A stretch of DNA of 64,000 nucleotides from Chloroflexota bacterium (GCA_035444285.1 DAOMOK010000025.1:7506-71505); one strand, 5' to 3'. Positions 55,064-64,000 are shown, numbered from the stretch's first letter. Translations and numbers: made by a program. The notes: generated from the letters alone by a model not told the origin.

Positions 55064-56176
55064 CTACGCTCGGAAAACAACCATCGGATCCAGGCGGCTG
55101 ATGCGGCCAAGTGGTAACAAGGCGGCCAGAGTGGTGATAACCGCCAGCACCGGCAGTTGTCGCAACCATAAGCCCGGTTCAATCAGAATGAGCATCTCCG
55201 GGAAAAGACGGCCGACCAGCGCCGCTACCCCATAAGAGAGGCCAACGCCGGCCACATACCCCAGCCCGGTGCTGATGCTGGCCTGGGCCAACACCACCCG
55301 CAACAGGTCGCCGGTGTTGGCGCCAATGGCCTTCAGTACTCCATACTCGTGGGCTCGTTCCACCGTGGCCGTGTAAACGGTCAGGGCGATGACCAGCAAC
55401 CCCACCATGTAGGCCACCCCGCTCATGGCGCGAATAATGTCCGTGCCCATCTGCCGGATCATCGCCTGGTCGCTGGCGATGAATGCCGCCTGGGTGAGCA
55501 GATTGGCGTCGGGCACGGCCGCGCGCACACTGGCAGCCACCTGTTCTACGTTTGCGTCTGGCTCTGTCTGTACCAGCACGTAGCTGGCTGCCTGCGGCGA
55601 GACACCCATCAAAGCCGCCAGCGCCTGCTTGTTGACAAAGGTGATGCTGGTGGCGATGCCAAAAGTCCCCTGGCTCAATCCAGCAATGGTCAGCTCATAC
55701 CCCATGAGATTGACCGTATCCCCCAGCCCCAGGCCATAACGCGCCGCCAGATCGCGATCCAGCACCACCTCATCCAGGCCCAGGTCGCCCGTGCCCTCAA
55801 CCAGGCGCCACGGGCCGCCAAAGGGGGCAGCGCCATCCACGGCAAAGATGTAACTGGCTACCTGCGTTTCCCCCATATCCACGCTGCCGCCAGCGTACAA
55901 GAGGCCAACCGTCTCAGCTACCCCCTCCACCTGGCGGGCCTGTCTGACCGTTTCCGGCGGCAAAATGGACGAAGACATGTGCAGATTCTCGACCCCTTGC
56001 TGCATCAACCACAGGGGGGCCGGCTGGTTCTTGATGTAGGCCACGGCGTGTTCTTCTGAACCGGCAAAGACGCCGGCCATGACCAGGATGAGCAAAACAG
56101 CCAGGGCTACGCCGCCTACGCTGATGGCCAGCCGGGTTCGTTCGTGCATCAGGTTACGCCAGGCAAGTTTGAACAT
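55064..56176 (-). CDS. FtsX-like ABC transporter permease
   Basis: N-terminal TM, a large periplasmic loop and a C-terminal FtsX region EYGVLKAIGANTGDLL. Confidence 0.85.
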   Translation of the reverse strand: MFKLAWRNLMHERTRLAISVGGVALAVLLILVMAGVFAGSEEHAVAYIKNQPAPLWLMQQGVENLHMSSSILPPETVRQARQVEGVAETVGLLYAGGSVDMGETQVASYIFAVDGAAPFGGPWRLVEGTGDLGLDEVVLDRDLAARYGLGLGDTVNLMGYELTIAGLSQGTFGIATSITFVNKQALAALMGVSPQAASYVLVQTEPDANVEQVAASVRAAVPDANLLTQAAFIASDQAMIRQMGTDIIRAMSGVAYMVGLLVIALTVYTATVERAHEYGVLKAIGANTGDLLRVVLAQASISTGLGYVAGVGLSYGVAALVGRLFPEMLILIEPGLWLRQLPVLAVITTLAALLPLGRISRLDPMVVFRA

Positions 56177-56188
56177 GGTAGGTTCCTC

Positions 56189-57319
56189 TTACTGCTTAAA
56201 CACCAGCAGCGGATCAACCTGGTTCAGGCGGTAGATGGGCAGCAGGGCAGCCAGGATGGTCATGAGAACGGCCAGCGTGCCTGCCTGGGCGACTGTGCCG
56301 GGCCGGATGACGATGTTAAACTGGGGCCAGATGGCCATAATCAGGGCTGCGGCCGCGTAAGCCAACCCAATTCCCACGACGAAACCCATGACCGCCCGGT
56401 AGAGCGTTTCGGCCGTAACCAGCCAGGCCAGGCGGCGACCCCCCACGCCTATCGCTTTCAACACGCCATACTCGCGCATCTGGTCGGTCACGGCCGTGTA
56501 TGCCGTCAGTCCCATCACCGCCACGCCAATCACCACACCAATGAAAATCATAACGTTGAGCGGTGTAGCCATCACCGTGGCCAAAACCCGTTGGTCGGCG
56601 GCAGCAATATCGGCCGGCGTCAGGGCGGCGATGCCCGGCACCTCTCTCTCAATGATCGTGATCGCCGCTGCAGGGTTAACTCCTTCCGGCAGGCGCAGCA
56701 GGTGATAGCTAACCATGTTGTTCAGGCCCAGGGCGGAGGCGGCCGCATCTAGCGAAATGAAGACGTAGGGACTCATCCAGGAGGCAGTTTCTCGCGTCAA
56801 CCCCACCACGGTGAACGCCTGACCTAACACGTCTACCGTATCACCCACGGCGATACCGTTGCGCTGCGCCAGCCAGGTATCCAGCAATATCTCGCTGTTG
56901 GCTGTGCTGCTGGGGCCAACGTCCAGGCCCCGCCCCTGGCCGATGTTCCAGGGGCTGCCGAAGGTAGTAGCCGGATCGTAACCCACCAGTAACACCGGCG
57001 TTTTGGTCCCTTTACGGGTGAAGATGATCCCGGCTACGATGATATGTCCGGCTTCGGCGGCGTTAACGGCCGTGGCCGCCTGGTCGTGCAGCCCCAGAGG
57101 AACGACGGAATCGGACGTAAACATGCCCTGGGTTCCGCTTTGAGCCACAATCAAGTCTGCACCGACGTTGTTCACGAAGGCGGCCAGGGTGGCGTACAAC
57201 CCCTCGCGGAAACCGAGCAGGAGCAAGATCAGCGCCAGCGCCGCGGCCACACCGGCTACACTCAGGGCCAGTTTGCCCTTTTCGTGAAACAAATTGCGTC
57301 GCGTCAGGGGCACACTCAT
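56189..57319 (-). CDS. FtsX-like ABC transporter permease (second copy)
   Basis: Same architecture, with EYGVLKAIGVGGRRLA. Start at MSVPLTRRNLF (57319), after GAGGAGG. Confidence 0.85.
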   Translation of the reverse strand: MSVPLTRRNLFHEKGKLALSVAGVAAALALILLLLGFREGLYATLAAFVNNVGADLIVAQSGTQGMFTSDSVVPLGLHDQAATAVNAAEAGHIIVAGIIFTRKGTKTPVLLVGYDPATTFGSPWNIGQGRGLDVGPSSTANSEILLDTWLAQRNGIAVGDTVDVLGQAFTVVGLTRETASWMSPYVFISLDAAASALGLNNMVSYHLLRLPEGVNPAAAITIIEREVPGIAALTPADIAAADQRVLATVMATPLNVMIFIGVVIGVAVMGLTAYTAVTDQMREYGVLKAIGVGGRRLAWLVTAETLYRAVMGFVVGIGLAYAAAALIMAIWPQFNIVIRPGTVAQAGTLAVLMTILAALLPIYRLNQVDPLLVFKQ

Positions 57320-57666
57320 GCTTCGGTCCTCCTCACCATCCAGACAACAGGTAATGGTTTGATTGTTCTCCTTTACACGGCTACAGCGTAGCACGGGAAC
57401 GCCCGCCACAGAAAGCGCCATACGACCTGTTCGGCCATAGGTGAAATCGCCTACAAACACCCTGAGCCTGCCCAAACAGATGTTTAGCAAAAGTTACATT
57501 TCCGTTGCCCCGGAACGGATGTTCCACTATAATCTCCTGGCGTTAAGGGCGCAACCTGTCTGCGGAAAGGGATTATCCCACCTGATGACAATCTTATAAC
57601 CAATTCAGACGATTTTCTTTTGACCTGTTCAGCAGACAGCAGGACCATATACAAAAGGAGATCGGC

Positions 57667-59409
57667 ATGTCTACTCAACTCCCCCCTAATCCCAATCTTA
57701 TCTATTTGAAGAAACAGGCTAAGACCTTGCATAAACAACTGAAGGCTGGCGAACCAACGGCCGTCGCGCGCGGCCGGCAATCCCACCCCCAAGGCGCAAA
57801 TCTAACCGCACCCAAATTAAGCGATGCCCAACTGGTTATTGCCCGTGAGCATGGTTTTGCCAGTTGGCCCAGGCTAAAGCGCTATATCGAGGAGATACAC
57901 GGCCGTCCCCTTCACCGGGTTTTTGAAACGGACATGGACTATTATGAGGGGCGGGCCTTTGGCCTGCACAGCGTTTACCAGACCGGGCAACCACGAGCCT
58001 TAAACCTGATCCGCCAGTCCCACCCCCGTTTTGCTGCTGCCAGTGACGAGGCCATCAAACAAGCCGACTTTACGCTGGATGATGCCCGGTTGGTATTGGC
58101 ACGTGAACATGGTTTTGCCGATTGGCCAGCCCTGGCCGTCCACGTGGAGCGGCTGGCGCAAGGCCAGGTCGTAGAGCCGTTCCGCGTCGCTTTTCAAGCC
58201 ATCAAAGCCAATGAGTTGGATGCCTTCAAACAAACTCTGGCTGACTATCCCGAACTGGCTACGACCCCAGGTACTAACGGCAATGGGCTGCTGCACCTGG
58301 CGGCCGATTTTGGGCGGGTAGAGATGGTCAGGCTGCTCCTGGACGCTGGGGCCGGCATCAATATGGCCAATAATAAGGGTTGGACGCTGCTCCACATAGC
58401 TGCCTGCGCCTCAGCCGATGGGCTGCCCGGCGGGCCGGAAATGCTGGCCACGTTTATTGATTGGCTCCTGACTGCCGGCGCGGATGTCACGGCCGAAGCG
58501 CACGGCGCGGGCGGCACGCCCCTGATGCAGGCACTCTTTTGGGGGCGTCGTCTACAGGCTGAACGATTGGCCCAAGAAGGCATTTACCCCTACAATTTAC
58601 GCGCAGTTGCCGGTCTGGGGCGTCTCGATCTCCTGCCAGACTTCTTCAAAGCAGATGGCTTACTGAAGCCTGAGGCCGGACAAAAGCGAGAATTTCACCG
58701 CCCGCACTCTGGCTTTCCGCCCTGGACGCCTCACGATGACCGGCAAGAGATTGTGGATGAAGCGTTGGTCTATGCGGCTAAGAGCGGCCGTATCCAAGCT
58801 CTGGCCTATCTCCTTAACCGAGGGGCTAACCTGGACGGCGAACCCTACAACGGCACGGCACTCTTCTGGGCCGTCTCCTGTGAACAGACAGAAACGGTGC
58901 GCTGGCTGTTGGAGCATGGCGCCGATGTTCATCAAATAGCCAGCTTTGGCAGCGAGAAAAAAATCACGGTGCTGCATATCGCGGCCTGGGGTGGACATTT
59001 GGTGCCGGCTCAAGTGCTGCTGCAATTTGGCGCGGAGGCCACCTACCATGAACCTCGCTATGGCAGTTCTGCTGTTGGTTGGGCTGCTCATATGGGCCAC
59101 CACCAATTGCGCGACTATTTGCTGGAACATGCTCCCCTTAGTCTTGACGATGCCGCTTTTTACGGCCGTCTACAACGGGTAAAGGCGTTGATCGAAGCCA
59201 ACCCCACGCTGGTAAATGGGGCGGATGGCAAGGGTACTCCCTTACGTCATGCGGCCGCGGCCGGGCGCCTGGCTATCGTAACGTATCTGCTAGACAAAGG
59301 GGCCGACCGTACCCTTCCCGGTGATGATAGCAAGATCGCTATGGACTATGCCAGGGAGAACAGTCATCAGGCCGTTGTTGATCTTTTGCAAGACGAAGCG
59401 GCAGCTTAA
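57667..59409 (+). CDS. Ankyrin-repeat protein
   Basis: Multiple G..LLH.AA..G....V..LL..GAD units (e.g. GNGLLHLAADFGRVEMVRLLLDAGAGIN, GTPLRHAAAAGRLAIVTYLLDKGAD). AAGGAG RBS. Confidence 0.85.
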   Translation: MSTQLPPNPNLIYLKKQAKTLHKQLKAGEPTAVARGRQSHPQGANLTAPKLSDAQLVIAREHGFASWPRLKRYIEEIHGRPLHRVFETDMDYYEGRAFGLHSVYQTGQPRALNLIRQSHPRFAAASDEAIKQADFTLDDARLVLAREHGFADWPALAVHVERLAQGQVVEPFRVAFQAIKANELDAFKQTLADYPELATTPGTNGNGLLHLAADFGRVEMVRLLLDAGAGINMANNKGWTLLHIAACASADGLPGGPEMLATFIDWLLTAGADVTAEAHGAGGTPLMQALFWGRRLQAERLAQEGIYPYNLRAVAGLGRLDLLPDFFKADGLLKPEAGQKREFHRPHSGFPPWTPHDDRQEIVDEALVYAAKSGRIQALAYLLNRGANLDGEPYNGTALFWAVSCEQTETVRWLLEHGADVHQIASFGSEKKITVLHIAAWGGHLVPAQVLLQFGAEATYHEPRYGSSAVGWAAHMGHHQLRDYLLEHAPLSLDDAAFYGRLQRVKALIEANPTLVNGADGKGTPLRHAAAAGRLAIVTYLLDKGADRTLPGDDSKIAMDYARENSHQAVVDLLQDEAAA

Positions 59410-59410
59410 C

Positions 59411-59659
59411 TTCTCGCCCGATGACATTGGCGAAATCCTGGCCCTGCGCGACCGGGGTGAAGCCCCCTGCCGGGTGGTGTTGGACTTGCTGGTCCACAAA
59501 GCGGACGAAGTGCGCTGGCGCATCGTCGAACTGGAACGGCTGGAAAAGGAGCTGCGCCAGTTGCACCGGCTTGGCCAGACCTTCCCCACCGATGACGTAG
59601 ACGGCAAGCACTGCGTTTGCCATCTGGTCAGCCAGCAGGCCGGCCGGGAGAAGAACTGA
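59411..59659 (+). pseudogene. MerR-family metal-sensor C-terminal fragment (no HTH)
   Basis: NFSPDDIGEILALRDRGEAPCRVVLDLLVHKADEVRWRIVELERLEKELRQL...KHCVCH covers the dimerisation helix and a Cys-containing metal loop. It begins exactly at the ankyrin gene stop. Confidence 0.6.
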
Positions 59660-59816
59660 AACATCACCAGCGCCGGGCCCGCTACTTCAAGGTTACCTCC
59701 CCCTGTCTGATCACGGGTACAGGCAACTGCCCCCGCAGCCAGAAACGCCATTAGCAAAACGAACCCAAACTGTAATTTCATCTGGTTCCCTCCAAATTGT
59801 GCGTTCGTGGTTTTAC

Positions 59817-60302
59817 TCATGGTTGCGTCTGCGCCGTTTGTTCCCATTGAGCTTCCCGCAGCTCTGCCGGCCAGCTACGCTTGATGTAAGCCAGCACTGC
59901 CAGCATCTCTGCCTCGGTAAGAATATCATCGTAGGCCGGCATGTTGCTGCTACCGCCAATGTTCGCCGGCAAACGCGCACCGCCCAATCGAATCGCCTCA
60001 ATCAGCACACTATCGCTGTGGTGCCACGTGTGCCCGCTGGCGTCGTGTGGCGGCGCGCGAAAAGATCCATCTTCGTTCGGGCTTTTCCACTCTGGTTCGC
60101 CTTCCAGTTCGGCCCCATGGCAGGCAGCGCAATACTCTACATAAACCTGCTGTCCCAGGGCAATGGCATCTGGGCTTAAGGTGGGCGCCGGCGGGAGAGG
60201 CGTTGCCTGGCGATCGCCACTGCCCACAACGAGGTTGCCGCTGCTCTGGCAGGCTGCCAGTAACGCAGACCAGGCAAAAAACAGTAAAAGATACTTTTTC
60301 AA
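59817..60302 (-). CDS. Monohaem c-type cytochrome lipoprotein
   Basis: Lipobox LLAACQ, then CAACHG, followed by a Met-containing distal segment. Confidence 0.8.
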   Translation of the reverse strand: MKKYLLLFFAWSALLAACQSSGNLVVGSGDRQATPLPPAPTLSPDAIALGQQVYVEYCAACHGAELEGEPEWKSPNEDGSFRAPPHDASGHTWHHSDSVLIEAIRLGGARLPANIGGSSNMPAYDDILTEAEMLAVLAYIKRSWPAELREAQWEQTAQTQP

Positions 60303-60563
60303 GGCGCTCTCCTTCGTGAACTCCAGACATGTACCTTATGATTGGGTTTAGCAGTGCACTGCTAAACCCAATACTTCTCACACTCACCAATACGGCCATA
60401 CCCTGGCGTAGCCTGTGTATAGTGATCGTATGTCTGGTTGCTTTTAGGCGGTGGGGCTGCGTCCGGTGGTGAGAGATAAATAATTTTATACTGTTAATGA
60501 AATTCACCAAACTCAGCGGCGTTTAGAAAGACGCCTTTTGAAATTTTGGAAAGGAACCCAAAC

Positions 60564-62858
60564 ATGTTCAAGTTACACTTCGCTTTTCTGATAACAATTT
60601 CCTTTTCACTGGCCGCTTGTGTGCCGGCTGACGCGACCAGGGATTCGTCTGAGGTGGGGGCGACAGGACCGGCGACAACGGCCGTTTCCTCCACCACGCC
60701 GCCGCTACCCACCCAAACGGCCGATCAATCCCCCATAGACACCCTCATCGCCTCCCTCACCGCTGCTGGCGCCGCCGTTGTCAATAACGGCCGTAGCGGA
60801 CAAGGCCTCTTCCCAGTCGAAGGCATCGGTCTCTGGCATCTCACCGTTAACGATACCAACGTCAACGTTTACGAATTCAGCGATGTGGCCGCCCGCGACG
60901 CTGTCAGTAGCAGCATCTCGCCGAGAGGTGATGAGTACACCGTCACCGAAGGGGGCGCCACGGTGACAACCACCTGGGATGGTGAAGGTCTATCGCGCTG
61001 GTGGGCCGCAGATAATTCACTGGTACACTATTCAGGAGCGGATACGGCCGTTTCCACCCTCCTTACCACCGTCCTTGGCCCACCCTTTGCCGATGGTTCC
61101 CAACCCTACCGCCCCGAAGCAGGCAGCGGCGTGATTGCCGGCGTCAGCGAATACGGCGTTAGCTTCCAGTACGATCCCTACCTGGCCGCCGGTATTCAGG
61201 CGCAGATAGTAGATGCTTTTACCGAGGATGGCGGCATGAATTACTTACTGGTACCCCAACACCTCTCCTTCACCTTCCCCAACAGCTACGCTGACGCTGA
61301 TCCGCTCTACCAGCAGCGGTGGCAGCTCAACCTGGAGACGATGCCGCAGATTGCAGTTTACCCGGCGGCTGCCTATTCAGCCATGCACGACCTGGCCAGG
61401 AGACAGATCGAACAGTTGCAGGCCCTGTTAGCGGCACGGCCGTCTACCCCTGGCGGTACACTGCCTTACCTGCCGCTGATCAATTCTGCTCAGGACTTCC
61501 ACAGCCAGGTGGCCTACCTGGCATTCGCCAACGGCGCCGGCGTGCGCTACGTGACCGCATTTTCCCAGGACTCGTCCCCCGTGACCAACCAACGCCTGAT
61601 TTATACCTTCCAGGGATTGACGGCCGATGGGCAGTATTATGTGGCGGCCTTTTTCCCGGTGACGACGGCCGTTCTGCCAGACACGTTCCAGGTAGACGAT
61701 TGGGAAGCCTTTAGTCTCAATTATGCGACCTATGTGGCGGAGACGAAAGCGGTGCTAAACGACTTGACGCCGCCTGGCTTTGCGCCTGACTTAAGACTGC
61801 TGGATGCGGTCGTGACCTCTTTGCGAGTAGAGCCAGACGTGGAATTAAGTGGGGTCGAAACGGCCGTGCCTCCTGACGAGCGTGTGCTGATAGCGCCGGC
61901 CGGTGTGTACCAGGTCTATGACAATGACAACGGCCAGTATCGCCTTTACCGTGTGGCGATGGACGGCCGTCTCCATCAGGTGACCGAGCAGCGCTACCCC
62001 CTCTTGCCCGCGCCCGATGCGGCCCGCGCCGTTTACCTAGACGACGAGCGCCGCCTCTGGCTGGTTGACCTGGCCAGTGGCAGTGAAAGGCAACTGGCTG
62101 CGGACATTACCCTTTCCTGGCTGCATGTGTGGGGAGATGCCCATACGTTGCTATTAGGTGTCTATCTTTCGGCCGCGGAAGGCGAAGGTCCCTCTATTGG
62201 GCACGTGGCCATGCTAGACATAGATAGCGGCGAACTCCAAATAATCGAAGAGGAATACCTCTCTCTGGGACGACCGGCAATGGCTTCCGATGGGCAATCC
62301 GTTGCTTACGACATCTCGGCTTTTTCTGCTGATGAAGTCAACGGCCGCATCTACCGGCCTGACGGCGGCTCGCAGCCGTTGGACCAGGCCCTTTTTCATG
62401 GCCTGGAGGGGGAGCCAGCATGCAACCTCTATAACCCCGCTTGGTCGCCAGATGGCAGGCAGCTGGCCTGGTTGTGCAGCGCGGCAGCCGGCTCTCGCCT
62501 GGTCGTGTTCGATCTGATCCGGCAAACCGCTATGACCGTGTTCACCTGGCAGCCGGCCCAGTTCGGCGCTTTGCCGCCCTCACCCGTGTGGAGTATTGAC
62601 GGGAAATGGCTGGCGATTGAAATTTGGGCCAAAAATGAAGACGAATCGGGCCTGTGGGTCTTGCCGGCCGACGGCACCATGGCCCGGTTGCACGTACCGA
62701 CCGGTCGCGAACCTATCTGGTTGAATTCGTCACAATTGTTTTACACCGACGTAGACGAAAATATGAGCGGCGTCATTAAGCTGTTTGACCTGAATTACGG
62801 CGAGATAGGCGTACTGGATTTGCCGGCAGGCAGCACATTGTTGCTGGCATCTTATTGA
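60564..62858 (+). CDS. Secreted lipoprotein with C-terminal TolB/PD40-like beta-propeller repeats
   Basis: Signal peptide plus lipobox SLAAC. YNPAWSPDGRQLAWL and PVWSIDGKWLAIE are PD40-type repeats. Confidence 0.65.
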   Translation: MFKLHFAFLITISFSLAACVPADATRDSSEVGATGPATTAVSSTTPPLPTQTADQSPIDTLIASLTAAGAAVVNNGRSGQGLFPVEGIGLWHLTVNDTNVNVYEFSDVAARDAVSSSISPRGDEYTVTEGGATVTTTWDGEGLSRWWAADNSLVHYSGADTAVSTLLTTVLGPPFADGSQPYRPEAGSGVIAGVSEYGVSFQYDPYLAAGIQAQIVDAFTEDGGMNYLLVPQHLSFTFPNSYADADPLYQQRWQLNLETMPQIAVYPAAAYSAMHDLARRQIEQLQALLAARPSTPGGTLPYLPLINSAQDFHSQVAYLAFANGAGVRYVTAFSQDSSPVTNQRLIYTFQGLTADGQYYVAAFFPVTTAVLPDTFQVDDWEAFSLNYATYVAETKAVLNDLTPPGFAPDLRLLDAVVTSLRVEPDVELSGVETAVPPDERVLIAPAGVYQVYDNDNGQYRLYRVAMDGRLHQVTEQRYPLLPAPDAARAVYLDDERRLWLVDLASGSERQLAADITLSWLHVWGDAHTLLLGVYLSAAEGEGPSIGHVAMLDIDSGELQIIEEEYLSLGRPAMASDGQSVAYDISAFSADEVNGRIYRPDGGSQPLDQALFHGLEGEPACNLYNPAWSPDGRQLAWLCSAAAGSRLVVFDLIRQTAMTVFTWQPAQFGALPPSPVWSIDGKWLAIEIWAKNEDESGLWVLPADGTMARLHVPTGREPIWLNSSQLFYTDVDENMSGVIKLFDLNYGEIGVLDLPAGSTLLLASY

Positions 62859-63124
62859 TGCTGTTGGGAGGATAAAGCTATCATAGTCTGCTTCCTGAAT
62901 CAGTGGACCAACACTACGACAGGCGACGAAAAGCCTGGTCCGGCGGCCAAAGCCGCATCACCACCAACGCAAGCTCACCAGGCAGTTTCTCGGCGCCCTT
63001 GCCGGAACGATCAGCAATCCGGTGGTTCATACGCTAAATGGCCTATGGAATAGCGCGATATTTGGCGCTTACGGGGAGACCGGTTTTTCGATTAAGGTAG
63101 TGAATAACGCTGTACAGGGGATAG

Positions 63125-63454
63125 ATGATGACGGAACTGCTGACGCTAAACCAACCGGCTATCGAAGCCGTTAACAGAGTTACCCGGCTGCTGGCACAGA
63201 CCGGCTTAGAGGTGTGGCGCTCATTTGACCTGCGGGCGGCACTGGCAGCCGACACGCCCTGTACCTGCCCCCATCACGCCGGCAACTGTGATTGTGATAT
63301 GGTGGTGCTGTTAGTGTATGGAGAGGAACGCCGGCCGGCGACCGTGGTGGCGCATAGCCACAACGGCCGTACCTGGCTGTCACTGGCTGATGGGCCGGAG
63401 GAACGGCCGTCGCCAAACCTGAGTCACCGCATTATGGCGGCTCTGGCACCTTAA
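63125..63454 (+). CDS. Small cytoplasmic Cys/His-rich protein, function unknown
   Basis: 109 aa. CTCPHHAGNCDCDMVVLLVYG cluster. Lies inside the copper/redox neighbourhood. Confidence 0.5.
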   Translation: MMTELLTLNQPAIEAVNRVTRLLAQTGLEVWRSFDLRAALAADTPCTCPHHAGNCDCDMVVLLVYGEERRPATVVAHSHNGRTWLSLADGPEERPSPNLSHRIMAALAP

Positions 63455-63522
63455 ACGAAAACGGCCGTCACGCTCAGCATCAGGTGGCGTAACGGCCGTT
63501 TCTCAAATGGTCGGCGTTGCGC

Positions 63523-63963
63523 TTAGGGCGCTTTCACTACCAGCGTTCCAACCATACCCGCCTCTTTGTGGCCTGCTACCGTGCAGACAAACTCATACTC
63601 ACCCGGTTCAGACGGGACAAATTCAATCATATTCCTGCTTCCGGCGGCAGCAGCCACATGGATGTCCGGTTCTGCGCTCATGTGGCCCATATCATGGCCT
63701 GCCATTACTTCATGGTCAACCACTACTTCGCCAGTGTGGGGCATTTCCATGATGCTGAAATCATGCTCTAAGACGCCTTCGTTTTGCAGCGTTAGCCTCA
63801 CCGGTTGCCCCGCCTGCGCTTCCAGCCGGGTATTGTCAAAGGCAATATCAGTAGCCTTCAGGGTGAATTCAGTCCGAGGTACAAGCGATGGCTCGGCCGT
63901 GGAGCTACACGCGGTTAATACGGCCGCCACAATAACCAATAAGCAAAGTGCCACTTTTTTCAT
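63523..63963 (-). CDS. Plastocyanin/azurin-like type-1 copper lipoprotein
   Basis: Lipobox LTACSS. Ligand pattern H...C-x2-x-H-x4-M within EHDFSI...YEFVCTVAGHKEAGMVGTLVV. Confidence 0.85.
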   Translation of the reverse strand: MKKVALCLLVIVAAVLTACSSTAEPSLVPRTEFTLKATDIAFDNTRLEAQAGQPVRLTLQNEGVLEHDFSIMEMPHTGEVVVDHEVMAGHDMGHMSAEPDIHVAAAAGSRNMIEFVPSEPGEYEFVCTVAGHKEAGMVGTLVVKAP

Positions 63964-64000
63964 TCCGTTTCTTCCTCATAGCGATAAATGTTAGTCGGGC

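Larger units (their letters stand above)
1..64000. repeat. Dispersed highly iterated palindrome ACGGCCGT (frequently extended to AACGGCCGTT)
   Basis: Manual scan finds about 85 exact copies (e.g. 549-556, 20305-20312, 63461-63468) plus about 50 one-mismatch variants. They lie on both strands, in genes and in spacers. About 2 copies are expected by base composition. Confidence 0.9.

Noticed and set aside
59290-59847. A minus-strand ORF with a lipoprotein-like start (MKLQFGFVLLMAFLAAGAVAC at 59781) running antisense through the MerR fragment.
   Set aside because: Only the first about 40 codons look genuine. The remainder is antisense to a strongly MerR-like frame and compositionally odd. It may be a truncated small lipoprotein gene but cannot be supported as a 164-aa protein.
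1-64000. Alternative genetic code (TGA or TAG reassigned) as an explanation for five in-frame stops.
   Set aside because: Both TGA and TAG are affected. Most well-supported genes here end at TGA or TAG at the expected protein C-termini (e.g. 13579-13581, 2126-2128, 3953-3955). Frameshifts co-occur in the same elements, which indicates pseudogenisation or consensus errors.
1-64000. A search for rRNA, tRNA, CRISPR arrays or riboswitch-like conserved leaders in the spacers (e.g. 35610-35900, 40153-40526, 47673-48065).
   Set aside because: No cloverleaf-compatible segments, no regularly spaced direct repeats and no recognisable riboswitch cores were seen by eye. A covariance-model scan would be needed to exclude small RNAs.

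Overview
GC-rich (about 60% by eye) bacterial chromosomal window. GGAGG-type RBSs, frequent ATGA/TGATG stop-start overlaps, several BTAD/NB-ARC/TPR regulators and a giant NHL/PKD/beta-helix secreted protein suggest a Chloroflexota-like genome (low-confidence inference). Left to right: (1) 0.4-4.7 kb, a minus-strand cluster of small-molecule or protein-modifying enzymes (Nudix, SAM methyltransferase, GNAT, PARP-like ADP-ribosyltransferase, nucleotidyltransferase). (2) 4.7-10.2 kb, a PQQ-like propeller lipoprotein, a VOC enzyme, tandem paralogous membrane proteins (one broken by a 14-bp tandem duplication) and a dihaem cytochrome c. (3) 10.2-34.2 kb, an accessory region with four large STAND-type regulators plus two 5' remnants, a 1660-aa secreted protein, two copies of a small Trp-rich protein, an AbiE-like toxin-antitoxin pair and a patch of decayed mobile DNA (IS5 fragment, resolvase fragment, frameshifted ISL3). 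(4) 34.3-35.6 kb, two rhodanese sulfurtransferases. (5) 35.9-40.05 kb, a decaying 4.15-kb Tn4430-like Tn3-family transposon. (6) 41.4-51.8 and 59.4-64 kb, a copper and redox island (CopA, YHS, HMA, cupredoxins, DUF2933, three methyltransferases, CcdA-like protein, cytochromes c, plastocyanin-like protein, MerR remnant), interrupted by a beta-CASP hydrolase, MgtC, a MacB-type ABC transporter and an ankyrin-repeat protein. The strongest sequence-level signal is an 8-bp palindrome, ACGGCCGT, present about 85 times (tens-fold over expectation) and nearly absent from the mobile DNA. No rRNA, tRNA or CRISPR array was recognised. The window has many in-frame stops and frameshifts, including single in-frame TGA codons that split two STAND regulators.
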